Shown piece after piece: positions 16,427-25,515 of a stretch of 64,000 bases of DNA (its first letter is position 1; each line of letters begins with the position of its first letter). The position numbers and the translations under genes were made by a program. This stretch comes from an uncultured virus (IMG/VR IMGVR_UViG_3300044996_000613) (taxonomy: Duplodnaviria > Heunggongvirae > Uroviricota > Caudoviricetes), in the IMG/VR virus record IMGVR_UViG_3300044996_000613; one strand, 5' to 3'. The notes beneath the pieces were generated by a model that did no database searches, was not told the origin of the DNA, and was given only the letters and a program-made list of their open reading frames with translations.

Positions 16427-18519
16427 GCTGCTGCTTCGGCCTCCTCTACTTCATAATACTCGCGTGATCGGTGTTCGGCTACCTTCCCTGGATTCCACTG
16501 CGCCACAGGACGATAGTAGCCAACGATACGGCTCCAGACCTCCGTCTCCCGGCCACAATGGCAGATGGGCTGTTCCCCAGGTAGTCGCCCGTGCTCCCGG
16601 CAGATGCTGTAGACCGGCGAGAGCGTGATATAGGGCAACTCCGTCTGGTGGCACAGGTACTCGACGATTCGGCGTGCCTGGGCCCCCGATGTGAGCGGCT
16701 GCCCCAAGTACACGTGGAACACAGTCCCCCCTGAATATCTGGTCTGCAGTGGAGCCTGATGGCGGATCGCCGCAGACAGTGATAGGCGACTGTCAGCCGG
16801 GAGCAGTGTGCTCCCAGTGTACGAACGCCTCTCACGATCAGCAGTGCAGCCAGGAAAGCGCTCGGCATCGCTCTTGGCGAGCCGGTAACTGGCGCCCTCG
16901 GCCGGCGTGGCCTCTAGGTTGAACAGGTAGTGGTGCTCGTCGTGCTCTTCGTTCAACTGGTCCACGATACCCCTCATAAGGGCGAGAGTCTTGTTGGCCA
17001 GAGCATATCCCAACTCCCCTTCGATCCCGTCACCCACCAACTCGACGGCAGCCTCGTGGGCTCCACACAGCCCAATGGTAAGGAAGTGCTGGCCCCAATA
17101 TGACCCGTTCCTGGCACGGACCCCGGCCAGATAGTGCCTGGAGTAAGGGTATAGGCCACGCTCCGTCTGATTGTCGATCACCTTACGCCTGGCAATCAGC
17201 GCTGTCGCCGCCAGACGAGTCAGGCGCTCAACATGGCGGAAGTAGGCATCCTCGTCTCCGTGCGCCATCAATGCGGCTCTGGCAAGGTTGACGGTGACTA
17301 CCCCCAGACTCCCGGTGAGGGGGACGCTGCCGAACAGGCCACCGAGTCTACGCCGCATCTCGCGATGATCCAATCGCAATCTGCAACACATGCTGCGAAC
17401 ATCCTCTGGATTCATGTCGGACCCCATGAAGTTGGCAAAGTAGGGGAGGCCGGTACTAGCCGCCATCGAGAAGATAGGCTGCCAGCGGTCTTCATCCAGA
17501 TCGCTGTTTCGCCAGATGTTGTAGGTCGGGATGGGGAACGTAAACGGCCGCCCCGATGCGTCACCATCTGTGAGCACCTGCGCCAGCGCCTCATTTATGA
17601 GGTCCATGTCCTCTTGCAGGTCGGCGTAGGTATAGCCCAGGATGCGGCCGGCCACCCTCGGGTGTTGGTCCTTCAGGTGCTCAGGGACGGTCATGTCAAG
17701 AGTGATGTTGGAAAACGGGCTCTGCCCCCCAATTCTTGTGGGGACATTCATATTGAAGACGAACTCCTGGATGGCCTGCAACACCTGGTAGTAGTCGAGA
17801 CCATCTTCCCTTACATAGGCAGCCAGCAGCGTGTCGAAGTTGCTGACGGCCTGGGCCCCAGCACTTTCCCCCTGCATGGTGTAGAGGAAGTTCACCAGTT
17901 GACCTAGCGCCGTCCGAAAGTGCCTGGGGGGCTTACAGACAACCTTACCTGGGGCTCCGCCGAAACCCTCGTCCAGAAGCTGCTGCAAATCCCACCCGCA
18001 GCAGTAAGGGGCGAATATCCCGAGGTCATGGACATGAATGGCCCCGTCTACATGAGCCTCTCCGACCTCGGGAGGCAAGAGGTGCAGCCACAGACGTGCC
18101 GTCACGGCATCCGCCATGTAGTTGTTGAATCCCATGAGGCCGTAGGTCACGTTAGCGTTCTCTGCGATCCGCCAATCCTCTTGGCGCAAGTAGCCGCCAG
18201 CTAGCTCGTCCACGTTGATGATGAGGTTGGCGTATCCACGAGAGATAGCTCTCTTCTCACGATAGAGGATGTACGCCCTGGCCTCTCTGAAGTGAGCCCC
18301 CTCCATTAGGGCGCGCTCCACAGTGTCCTGGATGGTCTCGATGTGAACCTCATTAACGACCGGGAGTAGCTCAAGTACGCGGGACGCAACCTGGGAGGAG
18401 GTTTCTACCGCCCCCTCGCCCTCGCCAGAATCAACGGCATTAAACGCCTTCTCGATTGCCGCCCGGATACGCTCGGGGTCGAACGGGACAACACTACCAT
18501 CTCTCTTGATGACATGCAA
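16423..18519 (-). CDS. nrdD: class III (anaerobic) ribonucleoside-triphosphate reductase with ATP cone
   Basis: VIKRDG ATP cone, HVHDL, PYCCG, RSMCCRL, EATPAEG and the glycyl-radical loop SRIVGYYRPV. Confidence 0.96.
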   Translation of the reverse strand: MHVIKRDGSVVPFDPERIRAAIEKAFNAVDSGEGEGAVETSSQVASRVLELLPVVNEVHIETIQDTVERALMEGAHFREARAYILYREKRAISRGYANLIINVDELAGGYLRQEDWRIAENANVTYGLMGFNNYMADAVTARLWLHLLPPEVGEAHVDGAIHVHDLGIFAPYCCGWDLQQLLDEGFGGAPGKVVCKPPRHFRTALGQLVNFLYTMQGESAGAQAVSNFDTLLAAYVREDGLDYYQVLQAIQEFVFNMNVPTRIGGQSPFSNITLDMTVPEHLKDQHPRVAGRILGYTYADLQEDMDLINEALAQVLTDGDASGRPFTFPIPTYNIWRNSDLDEDRWQPIFSMAASTGLPYFANFMGSDMNPEDVRSMCCRLRLDHREMRRRLGGLFGSVPLTGSLGVVTVNLARAALMAHGDEDAYFRHVERLTRLAATALIARRKVIDNQTERGLYPYSRHYLAGVRARNGSYWGQHFLTIGLCGAHEAAVELVGDGIEGELGYALANKTLALMRGIVDQLNEEHDEHHYLFNLEATPAEGASYRLAKSDAERFPGCTADRERRSYTGSTLLPADSRLSLSAAIRHQAPLQTRYSGGTVFHVYLGQPLTSGAQARRIVEYLCHQTELPYITLSPVYSICREHGRLPGEQPICHCGRETEVWSRIVGYYRPVAQWNPGKVAEHRSREYYEVEEAEAAA

Positions 18520-18542
18520 TGGGGTAGGGCCTCCACAGGGGG

Positions 18543-19223
18543 TTATGAGGCCTCAGGGGACAGCGAGGCTGGGGAAGTATTCCCGGCCTCCGGAACCATT
18601 GCTGGGCCCCGCTGCACAGCCGTGAGCGCCCGGTCAACCTGCCCCAACTGCTGGAGGAGGACCTGTCTCTGCTGCTGTAGGAACGCCGGGTCGTTCTGAC
18701 GCTCCTGCTGCATCTGCAGTGCTTCCTGCCGCCGGAACATCAGGTACCTGGCGTGCAAGGTCTGTAGGGCCAGCAACTCCCATGCCTCCGGCTTAAGGTA
18801 CGCTACCATCTCGAATTGGCCGGTCTCCATCAGGAACTGAATGAAGTCAGCCAACAGAGCGCGGGCTGCCTCCGGGAGACGAGCCGCCCTCACGGCCGCC
18901 ACTGCCTCCATCTGCTGCTTCGGGAGACAGCAGTTCTTGTACTTGTTGCCGCTCCCGCAGGGACAAGGCTTGTTCCGTCTGGCGCCGGCGTTGGCTGTGG
19001 GTGATGGCTGCTGTTTCACGGGCTCAGCGAGACGGGGACCGGGAGGGGGTGGAGGTGCATCATCTGATATGGGAACAATCGGCACGGTTGGTGCAGGGGG
19101 AACTGGCCCACCAGGCACTGGGGCTTCTTCTCGCTCCGGGGTCGGACTCGGGTCGGGACCGTAGGGACCTCCCTGCGCATCGACAACTACCAGTTCAGGA
19201 CCTTGTGTTTCTTCGGGCGTCAT
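18543..19223 (-). CDS. SEC-C (Zn-binding) motif protein with Pro-rich N-terminus (start reassigned to ATG 19223)
   Basis: RNKPCPCGSGNKYKNCC. GGAGG upstream of ATG 19223. Confidence 0.75.
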   Translation of the reverse strand: MTPEETQGPELVVVDAQGGPYGPDPSPTPEREEAPVPGGPVPPAPTVPIVPISDDAPPPPPGPRLAEPVKQQPSPTANAGARRNKPCPCGSGNKYKNCCLPKQQMEAVAAVRAARLPEAARALLADFIQFLMETGQFEMVAYLKPEAWELLALQTLHARYLMFRRQEALQMQQERQNDPAFLQQQRQVLLQQLGQVDRALTAVQRGPAMVPEAGNTSPASLSPEAS

Positions 19224-21174
19224 TGACCTGACCTCCGTGATGCTGGTGATAAAGAGCAGCCGCTGCGCGGGCCACCCGACCATCCGGTGCGAAGACTCGC
19301 AAGATAACATCTTGATCGACGCTGCACCCCATATCGTACAACCTACGCCGCCAGAAGTCAACCCCGTCGCTGTCAACAACCACAATGGGAGGCAAGCAAA
19401 GAATGCGCGTCGTAGGCTCTACGGGCATCTGCGCCCACACCTCGGGGTCGAACACAATCTGCCCAACCATCTCATTGTCGTCCCATACACTGGCAATCAT
19501 CCCGTCTGGACCAGTCAGCAGGATGCGGAGCGTGGGTGCCACCATCGTAGGCCGAGAGACCGCAACATCTGCCCTCAGTAATCGTGCAAAACTGGCTGTC
19601 CCCTGTCCCTCATTTACCACGTGGACTGGGTAGGTGCCCCCTCCTTCGGTGCGTAGGGCGAGCGCAGCCTCCCATACCCCCCGCTTCGCCAGTAGCCTCA
19701 GTCCGGTCTCGTAGCGAGACACGACATACTCGTGGCTAAGCTCACTAGGAAGATATGGCGCTCCAGGTAGCCCAGTTGAGAGGGTTGATGCAACAGCAGC
19801 CACAATTGCCTCCGGGGCAATGCTGTCCGCCACTACAATTGGCCAGCCCTTTTCGTTATCCCACCAGTGGGGGGCAGACCCTGGCGTACACGCTACCGGG
19901 ACCCCCATCATCGCCGCTTCGATCAGGGCAACACTGTTGGCCTCCCTACGAGACGTGAATAGCAACACATCGGCCTCGGCCATCAACGCCATCACATCTT
20001 CGTGTGGGATGATGCCATGGGCCTCCGCACCGATGCGAGATAGCTCCTGCACCAGGTCGCGGTACAGAGGCTGGTGTTCACCAAGACCAACCACCACTAG
20101 CCGCCCGAGCTTTGACAGCGAATCGGCTGCTGCCAATAGGATGTCTCCCCCCTTCTCAGGCTCGGCGCGCGTCAAACATAGAATGAGTTTGCCCTCTCCC
20201 TGCCGTTGGCGCCGGGGCTCTCTATCTCCAGTCAGCGCTGTGTTGGGGAACGGCGCCACAGGTGGCGCCTCTCCCATCACGGCAGGAATGACCAGATTAG
20301 CCCTGTCTGGGTGCGCGACAACGGCATGCAGGCGAGACGAGCCTCCTAGCACCCTCTCAGCGACCACATCACAGGAGTGGTGCACCACCATCGTCGGGCA
20401 GGTAGGAGCGGCCTGCAAGGCACGTTCCACCCCTGGCCATACATGGCTGATCGCCACATCATACTTGGGGTCGCCCAGCACCTTCCACAGAGAACCATCC
20501 AATATCGGCAACGGCTCCAGACCGGCTGCTGACCATGCTTGGTCATCATCGTCTCTTCTCTCAGTACTGACCACATCAACATGGTGGCCAGCACCCTTCA
20601 ACGCCACAGCAAGCATCAGCGCCATTCTCTGTGCCCCATTGGGGACAATGTTGGGCACCGCACATACGATGTTCAGCGCCCCCCTGGACATGGCTCTGCA
20701 GAGGGCCCCGTGATAGGCCAACAGGGGGTCGTCGTTCTCTTCCATATTACAGGGGGACAAACGCTGGGCAGCGTAGCTCAGATCGCCACCATCGCTTGGG
20801 GAGACAGCCGCCAGCAGAAGCCACTTGGGGTAGGTAACTACTCTGTCGCCATGGGGCACCTGGACGTAGCGCCCCCGCGCCAACTGGAGCGCAGTGAGCG
20901 CCATCCCCGCAACCCCCAGATGCAGCATCCGCGCGGGGCGGACATTCGGCTGGTCTGCCCTCCAAGACTTGGCGGCAGCCCAGACTTCCGGCTCCGTGTC
21001 GGGGATCACCAACACAAGTTCATATCTGTTGTCGGATGCGAGAGGGGCCAGACGGCACCGCAGTTCTTCCAGGTCGAGGATGTTCTCAACCACCTCGATA
21101 TGGGTAGTGTGGATGTCATACTCGTGGAGGATATGCGACCTGAAGTTGGACCTCACCCCACCAACCATGTTCAT
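19195..21174 (-). CDS. glycosyltransferase (GT4/GT-B domain) with degenerate GT2-like N-terminus
   Basis: NGAQRM, TRAEPEKGGDIL, ADVLLFTSRREANSVALIEAAMMGVPV (EX7E). Confidence 0.85.
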   Translation of the reverse strand: MNMVGGVRSNFRSHILHEYDIHTTHIEVVENILDLEELRCRLAPLASDNRYELVLVIPDTEPEVWAAAKSWRADQPNVRPARMLHLGVAGMALTALQLARGRYVQVPHGDRVVTYPKWLLLAAVSPSDGGDLSYAAQRLSPCNMEENDDPLLAYHGALCRAMSRGALNIVCAVPNIVPNGAQRMALMLAVALKGAGHHVDVVSTERRDDDDQAWSAAGLEPLPILDGSLWKVLGDPKYDVAISHVWPGVERALQAAPTCPTMVVHHSCDVVAERVLGGSSRLHAVVAHPDRANLVIPAVMGEAPPVAPFPNTALTGDREPRRQRQGEGKLILCLTRAEPEKGGDILLAAADSLSKLGRLVVVGLGEHQPLYRDLVQELSRIGAEAHGIIPHEDVMALMAEADVLLFTSRREANSVALIEAAMMGVPVACTPGSAPHWWDNEKGWPIVVADSIAPEAIVAAVASTLSTGLPGAPYLPSELSHEYVVSRYETGLRLLAKRGVWEAALALRTEGGGTYPVHVVNEGQGTASFARLLRADVAVSRPTMVAPTLRILLTGPDGMIASVWDDNEMVGQIVFDPEVWAQMPVEPTTRILCLPPIVVVDSDGVDFWRRRLYDMGCSVDQDVILRVFAPDGRVARAAAALYHQHHGGQVNDARRNTRS

Positions 21175-24100
21175 TATGGGTCCCTCTCTAACATCTTCGT
21201 AATCGCCGCCGATAGACGGCCGTTAGAAGAGAAAAGACGATGGGCGTGGTCGCGGATGTTCTGGGCATAGAACCCAACCCGCGACAGGTGCTTGGTGATC
21301 TCTTGCTGGATGTCGCCACGGGAGGCCACTACCCCGTTGTAGTGAGAGAAGATCAGCCCCCACCCATTATCGACCGCCGCTACCGGAACCCCCGCCAACA
21401 AAGCATAGAGGGTATCCAGCCACGATGACGCCACCACAAGCGCCGCCCCTTCTAGGTCTTGTGGGCCCGACAGTGAACGCAGATGGAGCCACCCGGGGGC
21501 ACATGGGACATCACCAACGCACACAATGCGCTCCCCCAAGTTGACCGGGCTGACATTGATTGGGGGATAACACAAGACCGAGCCCAAGGGGGAGCTACCA
21601 TAGGCAACAGGACTGAGGTACACGTCTCCCAACTTCTCGTCACCGCGCCCCACAGACAGAAGAGCACCGTCCGCACTCAGTGACAACGCAATCGCTGCGC
21701 CACTGGTCACTCGCGTCCCATCTTGAACTAGCGTCGCCTCGATCATCTGACCGAGAGCGACAGCGTCGTCCCCCTCCACACACAGTGAAACCTCCAGCGA
21801 TTGTCTCTCGTAATGCCGATCTAACATGGCTTCCGCAGCATACCACTTGTCGCGCAACGAGATCATGCGGAGCATGGCGTCATACTGTCGGACGATGTTG
21901 CCCCAACTCCACGCCGGCGGGACAGGACCGACCTCTACACCATCAGCTAGCGCCTCCTCACAGCCACTCAACAGAAGGTCGGGTTCTGGGCTATCAACAA
22001 TGAAGAGCCCAGCCACTTGCTCGGTGGGGGCCGCATTGACAGACACCACCACTGGGCGCCCCACCACCAAGGCCTCCATGATAGCCAAGCTCCGAGCCTC
22101 CCGCCGAGATGGCACCAACAAAACATCCGAAGCATCCATCCAGCGCACGACATCCTCGTGACTGAGGGGGCCGAGACTGACGGCTCCTGCCCGACGTAGG
22201 GCGGGCTCTACCGTCTCGTACTGAGGTTGCCCTCGCTGCACCCCGATAACGACCAGATTCCAGCCTCGCATCACGATGCGCTCTGCCATCTCTGCCAGAA
22301 TATGACCGCCCTTCTCGTTGTCCGCTCGTGTGACGCAAAGCAGAATCTTAGCCTCCGCGTCCAGCCCCAACCGACGACGAGACTCTTCCTTACCGACCAC
22401 TATCGACATGATCTCGTCGGTGTCCACACCATTGCCAATGGAGAGTGTCGAAGGCTGGCCCGCATCCCCCTCGTTCTCGAACGCATAGCGTGCCCGTCCC
22501 CATGGGGCCACCGCAGCATGGATACGAATGCGATCCGGGATGGGGGGACGGTTGTCTACCTCCGTCGAGTGGTGGACACACAAGGCCGGCAGATCAAGAT
22601 GGGTCATAGGCAACTGGTTCGAACCGATCCATCCATGGATCAGCGCGACATCGTACTCCCGAGCGATCTCAGGGGCTACCAGGTCTTCGGCCTGGATATG
22701 CGAGACGCGGGCTCCACAAGTATCCCAACGAGGGTCCCGGTAGGCCGTCATAGGCCACAGCGATGCTACGTCTACCTGATGCCCCAACTTCACCAACCCC
22801 TCTACAACTGTCAGGGCAACTCGCTGTCCACCATTTGGGAACAGATCGGGCACCACACACAGGATGCGCAGCGGACGGTCGTAGCCCATGCAGAACGCAT
22901 TGTGATAGGCCACCCGCGCGTTCATCTCGTACTGGACCGGCATCTTGTCCCCAACCCGGCTGCGCTGCTCGCCGTGGCTGTGCAGTTCATAGGCCAACGC
23001 CTGGTCATAGTGGGTAGCCCCAGCCGCTGCCAACCGCGCCCAGGTCCCCCAGTCCTCGGCGTAGCGCCAATGTGGCTCATTACCTCCAGCAGCAACAAAC
23101 GCCCAGCGGGGGACCATGACTGACTGGCAGTAGACCTGGTTGGTCCCCGTCTGCACATCGGGACAGTAGTCGTGGGAGTACATCACCCCTAAAGGCACCC
23201 CGTCCTTCACGGCTAGGGCCCACCCAAACGACAACAGCACATCTGGGTTCTCTTCATGGTATGCCGCTCGGCGCTCTAGGAATCCCGGGATATAGCGGTC
23301 ATCCGGGTCGAGGAGAGCCACCAGCGGAGCCCCCGCCTCCCTAATCCCCCTGTTCCTAGCACCAGACAACCCCAGGTTCTCCGGCTGCTTCACGGCCTTT
23401 ATGCGGGCGTCTTTCCCCTCCCATCCCCGCATCAGATCATAGGTATCGTCCTGGTTGCCATCGTCTACCAGCACTACCTCTAGATCGTCCATCTGGGAAA
23501 GGATACTGTGGATCGCACCATCCATGAGGTGCTTGTATCCCCACACAGGCATGACGACCGACACCCTTGGTACTGACTCTACAGCACGCACATAATCAGC
23601 ATCGGCCAAGGGGATGGTCCCCTTCCAGACATGCTTGAAGTAGCTCAGTGAATACTGAGGCGGTAGAGAAGATGCGTCTGGTAGCAATTGGGTGTGGAGA
23701 ACCCCGCGCATGATCGCCTCGGGGCTGTCGTTGGGGATCAGCGCAACGGGGACACCCCTCTCCTTCGCCAACCACGTCGCATCTCCCACCTCTGTCGCAA
23801 CCACTTTCATCCCGGCACCCAGCGCCTCGACAAGGGATATGGACGCCCCCTCGCCGGCACTCGCCAACACGAACGTATCGCCCTTCCCCAGGTGGCGGGT
23901 GGCACGGAGGTCGCCGTAGACTAGATCAAGACGATCATCCACTCCCTCCTCCTTGGCGATCTGGAGCAAATCATCGCGCAGGTGCCCGTTGCCAATCAGG
24001 ACCAACCTGTGATCTGGGAGCAGGCGAAGGGACCTCACCAGCCCTTGTAGCCCCTTGTGCTCAGCTAGTCTCCCCAAGTACACCAGTGTATTCTGCTGGT

Positions 24101-24791
24101 GGGGATGATCGTGCTCTTCCACATCCACGGGTGGTGGGCACCAGGTAGCCTGTGGGAACCTGGACAACATCCATCTGCCGACAACGACCAGTCGGTCAAT
24201 CAAGGCAAGCGAGTAGTCGGCCATATGGAAGTCGGAGCCCATATGGACCGTGAAGATGGTAAATGGCCTGCTCTCCTGCTGTGACAGGTGGTGCACAAAC
24301 GCATTGGTGTTCCCGTGCCAGATCAGGACATCCACCGCTATTGCTGCCTCGGCAGCCTCGCGGGAGTTCCCTGTCTGGTATGGGACACCCAACGAGTCGA
24401 GGTACTCACCGACTTCCGGCAGGCAGGACCCAATGAAGAAGATGGAGACATCGCGCCCCTCCTGCCGTAGCTGGTGCGCCAAAACAGCATTGTAGCGGGT
24501 TGTCCCCGCCACAAAGCCATGAGGCGTAACGATCATCACCCTGCCACTGCCGCTCATTCGTAGGGGTGGGGTGTAGAAGATTCTGGCGGCAATCACGTCT
24601 GAAGACACTGGGTCCACCTTCGACGCCGCCAAGAGGTCGGGCATGGGGGCCCCATCAGTCAGCTTGACGGCCGCATCAGGGGGCGCCAACGGCATGATGT
24701 CGGCCGCCGTGACATCTACCGGACCCGAATAGCCGTTGATGCGCAGGTAGATCGTCCCTGTCCTCTCGTTGTACACCAACAGATCAGCCAT
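21174..24791 (-). CDS. tri-domain glycosyltransferase GT4-GT2-GT4 (start reassigned to ATG 24791)
   Basis: First GT4: YLGRLAEHKG...EGASISLVEA. GT2: VSVVMPV, VLVDDG, ARNRGI, LDPDD, AEDW. Second GT4: TRADNEKGG...EARSLAIMEA. Confidence 0.9.
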   Translation of the reverse strand: MADLLVYNERTGTIYLRINGYSGPVDVTAADIMPLAPPDAAVKLTDGAPMPDLLAASKVDPVSSDVIAARIFYTPPLRMSGSGRVMIVTPHGFVAGTTRYNAVLAHQLRQEGRDVSIFFIGSCLPEVGEYLDSLGVPYQTGNSREAAEAAIAVDVLIWHGNTNAFVHHLSQQESRPFTIFTVHMGSDFHMADYSLALIDRLVVVGRWMLSRFPQATWCPPPVDVEEHDHPHQQNTLVYLGRLAEHKGLQGLVRSLRLLPDHRLVLIGNGHLRDDLLQIAKEEGVDDRLDLVYGDLRATRHLGKGDTFVLASAGEGASISLVEALGAGMKVVATEVGDATWLAKERGVPVALIPNDSPEAIMRGVLHTQLLPDASSLPPQYSLSYFKHVWKGTIPLADADYVRAVESVPRVSVVMPVWGYKHLMDGAIHSILSQMDDLEVVLVDDGNQDDTYDLMRGWEGKDARIKAVKQPENLGLSGARNRGIREAGAPLVALLDPDDRYIPGFLERRAAYHEENPDVLLSFGWALAVKDGVPLGVMYSHDYCPDVQTGTNQVYCQSVMVPRWAFVAAGGNEPHWRYAEDWGTWARLAAAGATHYDQALAYELHSHGEQRSRVGDKMPVQYEMNARVAYHNAFCMGYDRPLRILCVVPDLFPNGGQRVALTVVEGLVKLGHQVDVASLWPMTAYRDPRWDTCGARVSHIQAEDLVAPEIAREYDVALIHGWIGSNQLPMTHLDLPALCVHHSTEVDNRPPIPDRIRIHAAVAPWGRARYAFENEGDAGQPSTLSIGNGVDTDEIMSIVVGKEESRRRLGLDAEAKILLCVTRADNEKGGHILAEMAERIVMRGWNLVVIGVQRGQPQYETVEPALRRAGAVSLGPLSHEDVVRWMDASDVLLVPSRREARSLAIMEALVVGRPVVVSVNAAPTEQVAGLFIVDSPEPDLLLSGCEEALADGVEVGPVPPAWSWGNIVRQYDAMLRMISLRDKWYAAEAMLDRHYERQSLEVSLCVEGDDAVALGQMIEATLVQDGTRVTSGAAIALSLSADGALLSVGRGDEKLGDVYLSPVAYGSSPLGSVLCYPPINVSPVNLGERIVCVGDVPCAPGWLHLRSLSGPQDLEGAALVVASSWLDTLYALLAGVPVAAVDNGWGLIFSHYNGVVASRGDIQQEITKHLSRVGFYAQNIRDHAHRLFSSNGRLSAAITKMLERDP

Positions 24792-25515
24792 CGGAGATGC
24801 GATCCCCTTCCGCTCCTCGATGCCGGGCGTGGAGACCATAGTCCAGGACGATGCTACCTGGGTGGTCGTAGTAATACAGCAGGGACAACCGCTCGTCGTC
24901 GGGTATAGCTGTTGCTGGGAAAGAGAGCCTCCCCAAGAACTCCCATGGATGCGCTGTGCAGCCAAGTCCTACACCGTGGACTGATACCTGCCGAGGATAG
25001 CCAGCCGGGGCTGTCGATGGCGCATAGACGAAGTGAGAGACGTGAATCTCCTCCACCTTCCCCACTTGCCTCCGCACCTCGGGCTGGTACAGCCACGCAC
25101 ATGTATAGTACTGGTCCCCATGACGGTTCCGCATCATGGGGGCTGCCAGGGCCCCATGGTCGTTGGACAAGTTGGCAAGCTGTCCCAGCAGCGAGGAATC
25201 CACTACCATATCGTCGTCCAGCCAAATGACCACAGACGCCGGCTCCACAATCGCAGCACAGCGGAGGGCCTCACGAGCCTGGTTGATGCGAGGCAGGGAC
25301 GTGTTCCCTTGGAAGCGGATGGGGAGCACCCGCGCGAACGGAGGGAGCCTGGCATCCCAGCCATCCGCGTTGGGCGACACGTACCATGTGACTACCCAGT
25401 CTTCCTGCAGGCCGGCGATAGCTTGGATCAAGCTCTCGCACCAGCGAGCCCTAAGACTGGGAGTCAACACGTACAATCTGTCTGATGAAGATTGCGTCCC
25501 CATCATCGCTGACAT
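24784..25515 (-). CDS. GT-A fold (GT2-like) glycosyltransferase
   Basis: YVLTPS, AREALR, WLDDDM (DxD), GVGLGCT, DD, H.H. Paralogous to 29465..30307. Confidence 0.65.
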   Translation of the reverse strand: MSAMMGTQSSSDRLYVLTPSLRARWCESLIQAIAGLQEDWVVTWYVSPNADGWDARLPPFARVLPIRFQGNTSLPRINQAREALRCAAIVEPASVVIWLDDDMVVDSSLLGQLANLSNDHGALAAPMMRNRHGDQYYTCAWLYQPEVRRQVGKVEEIHVSHFVYAPSTAPAGYPRQVSVHGVGLGCTAHPWEFLGRLSFPATAIPDDERLSLLYYYDHPGSIVLDYGLHARHRGAEGDRISDG

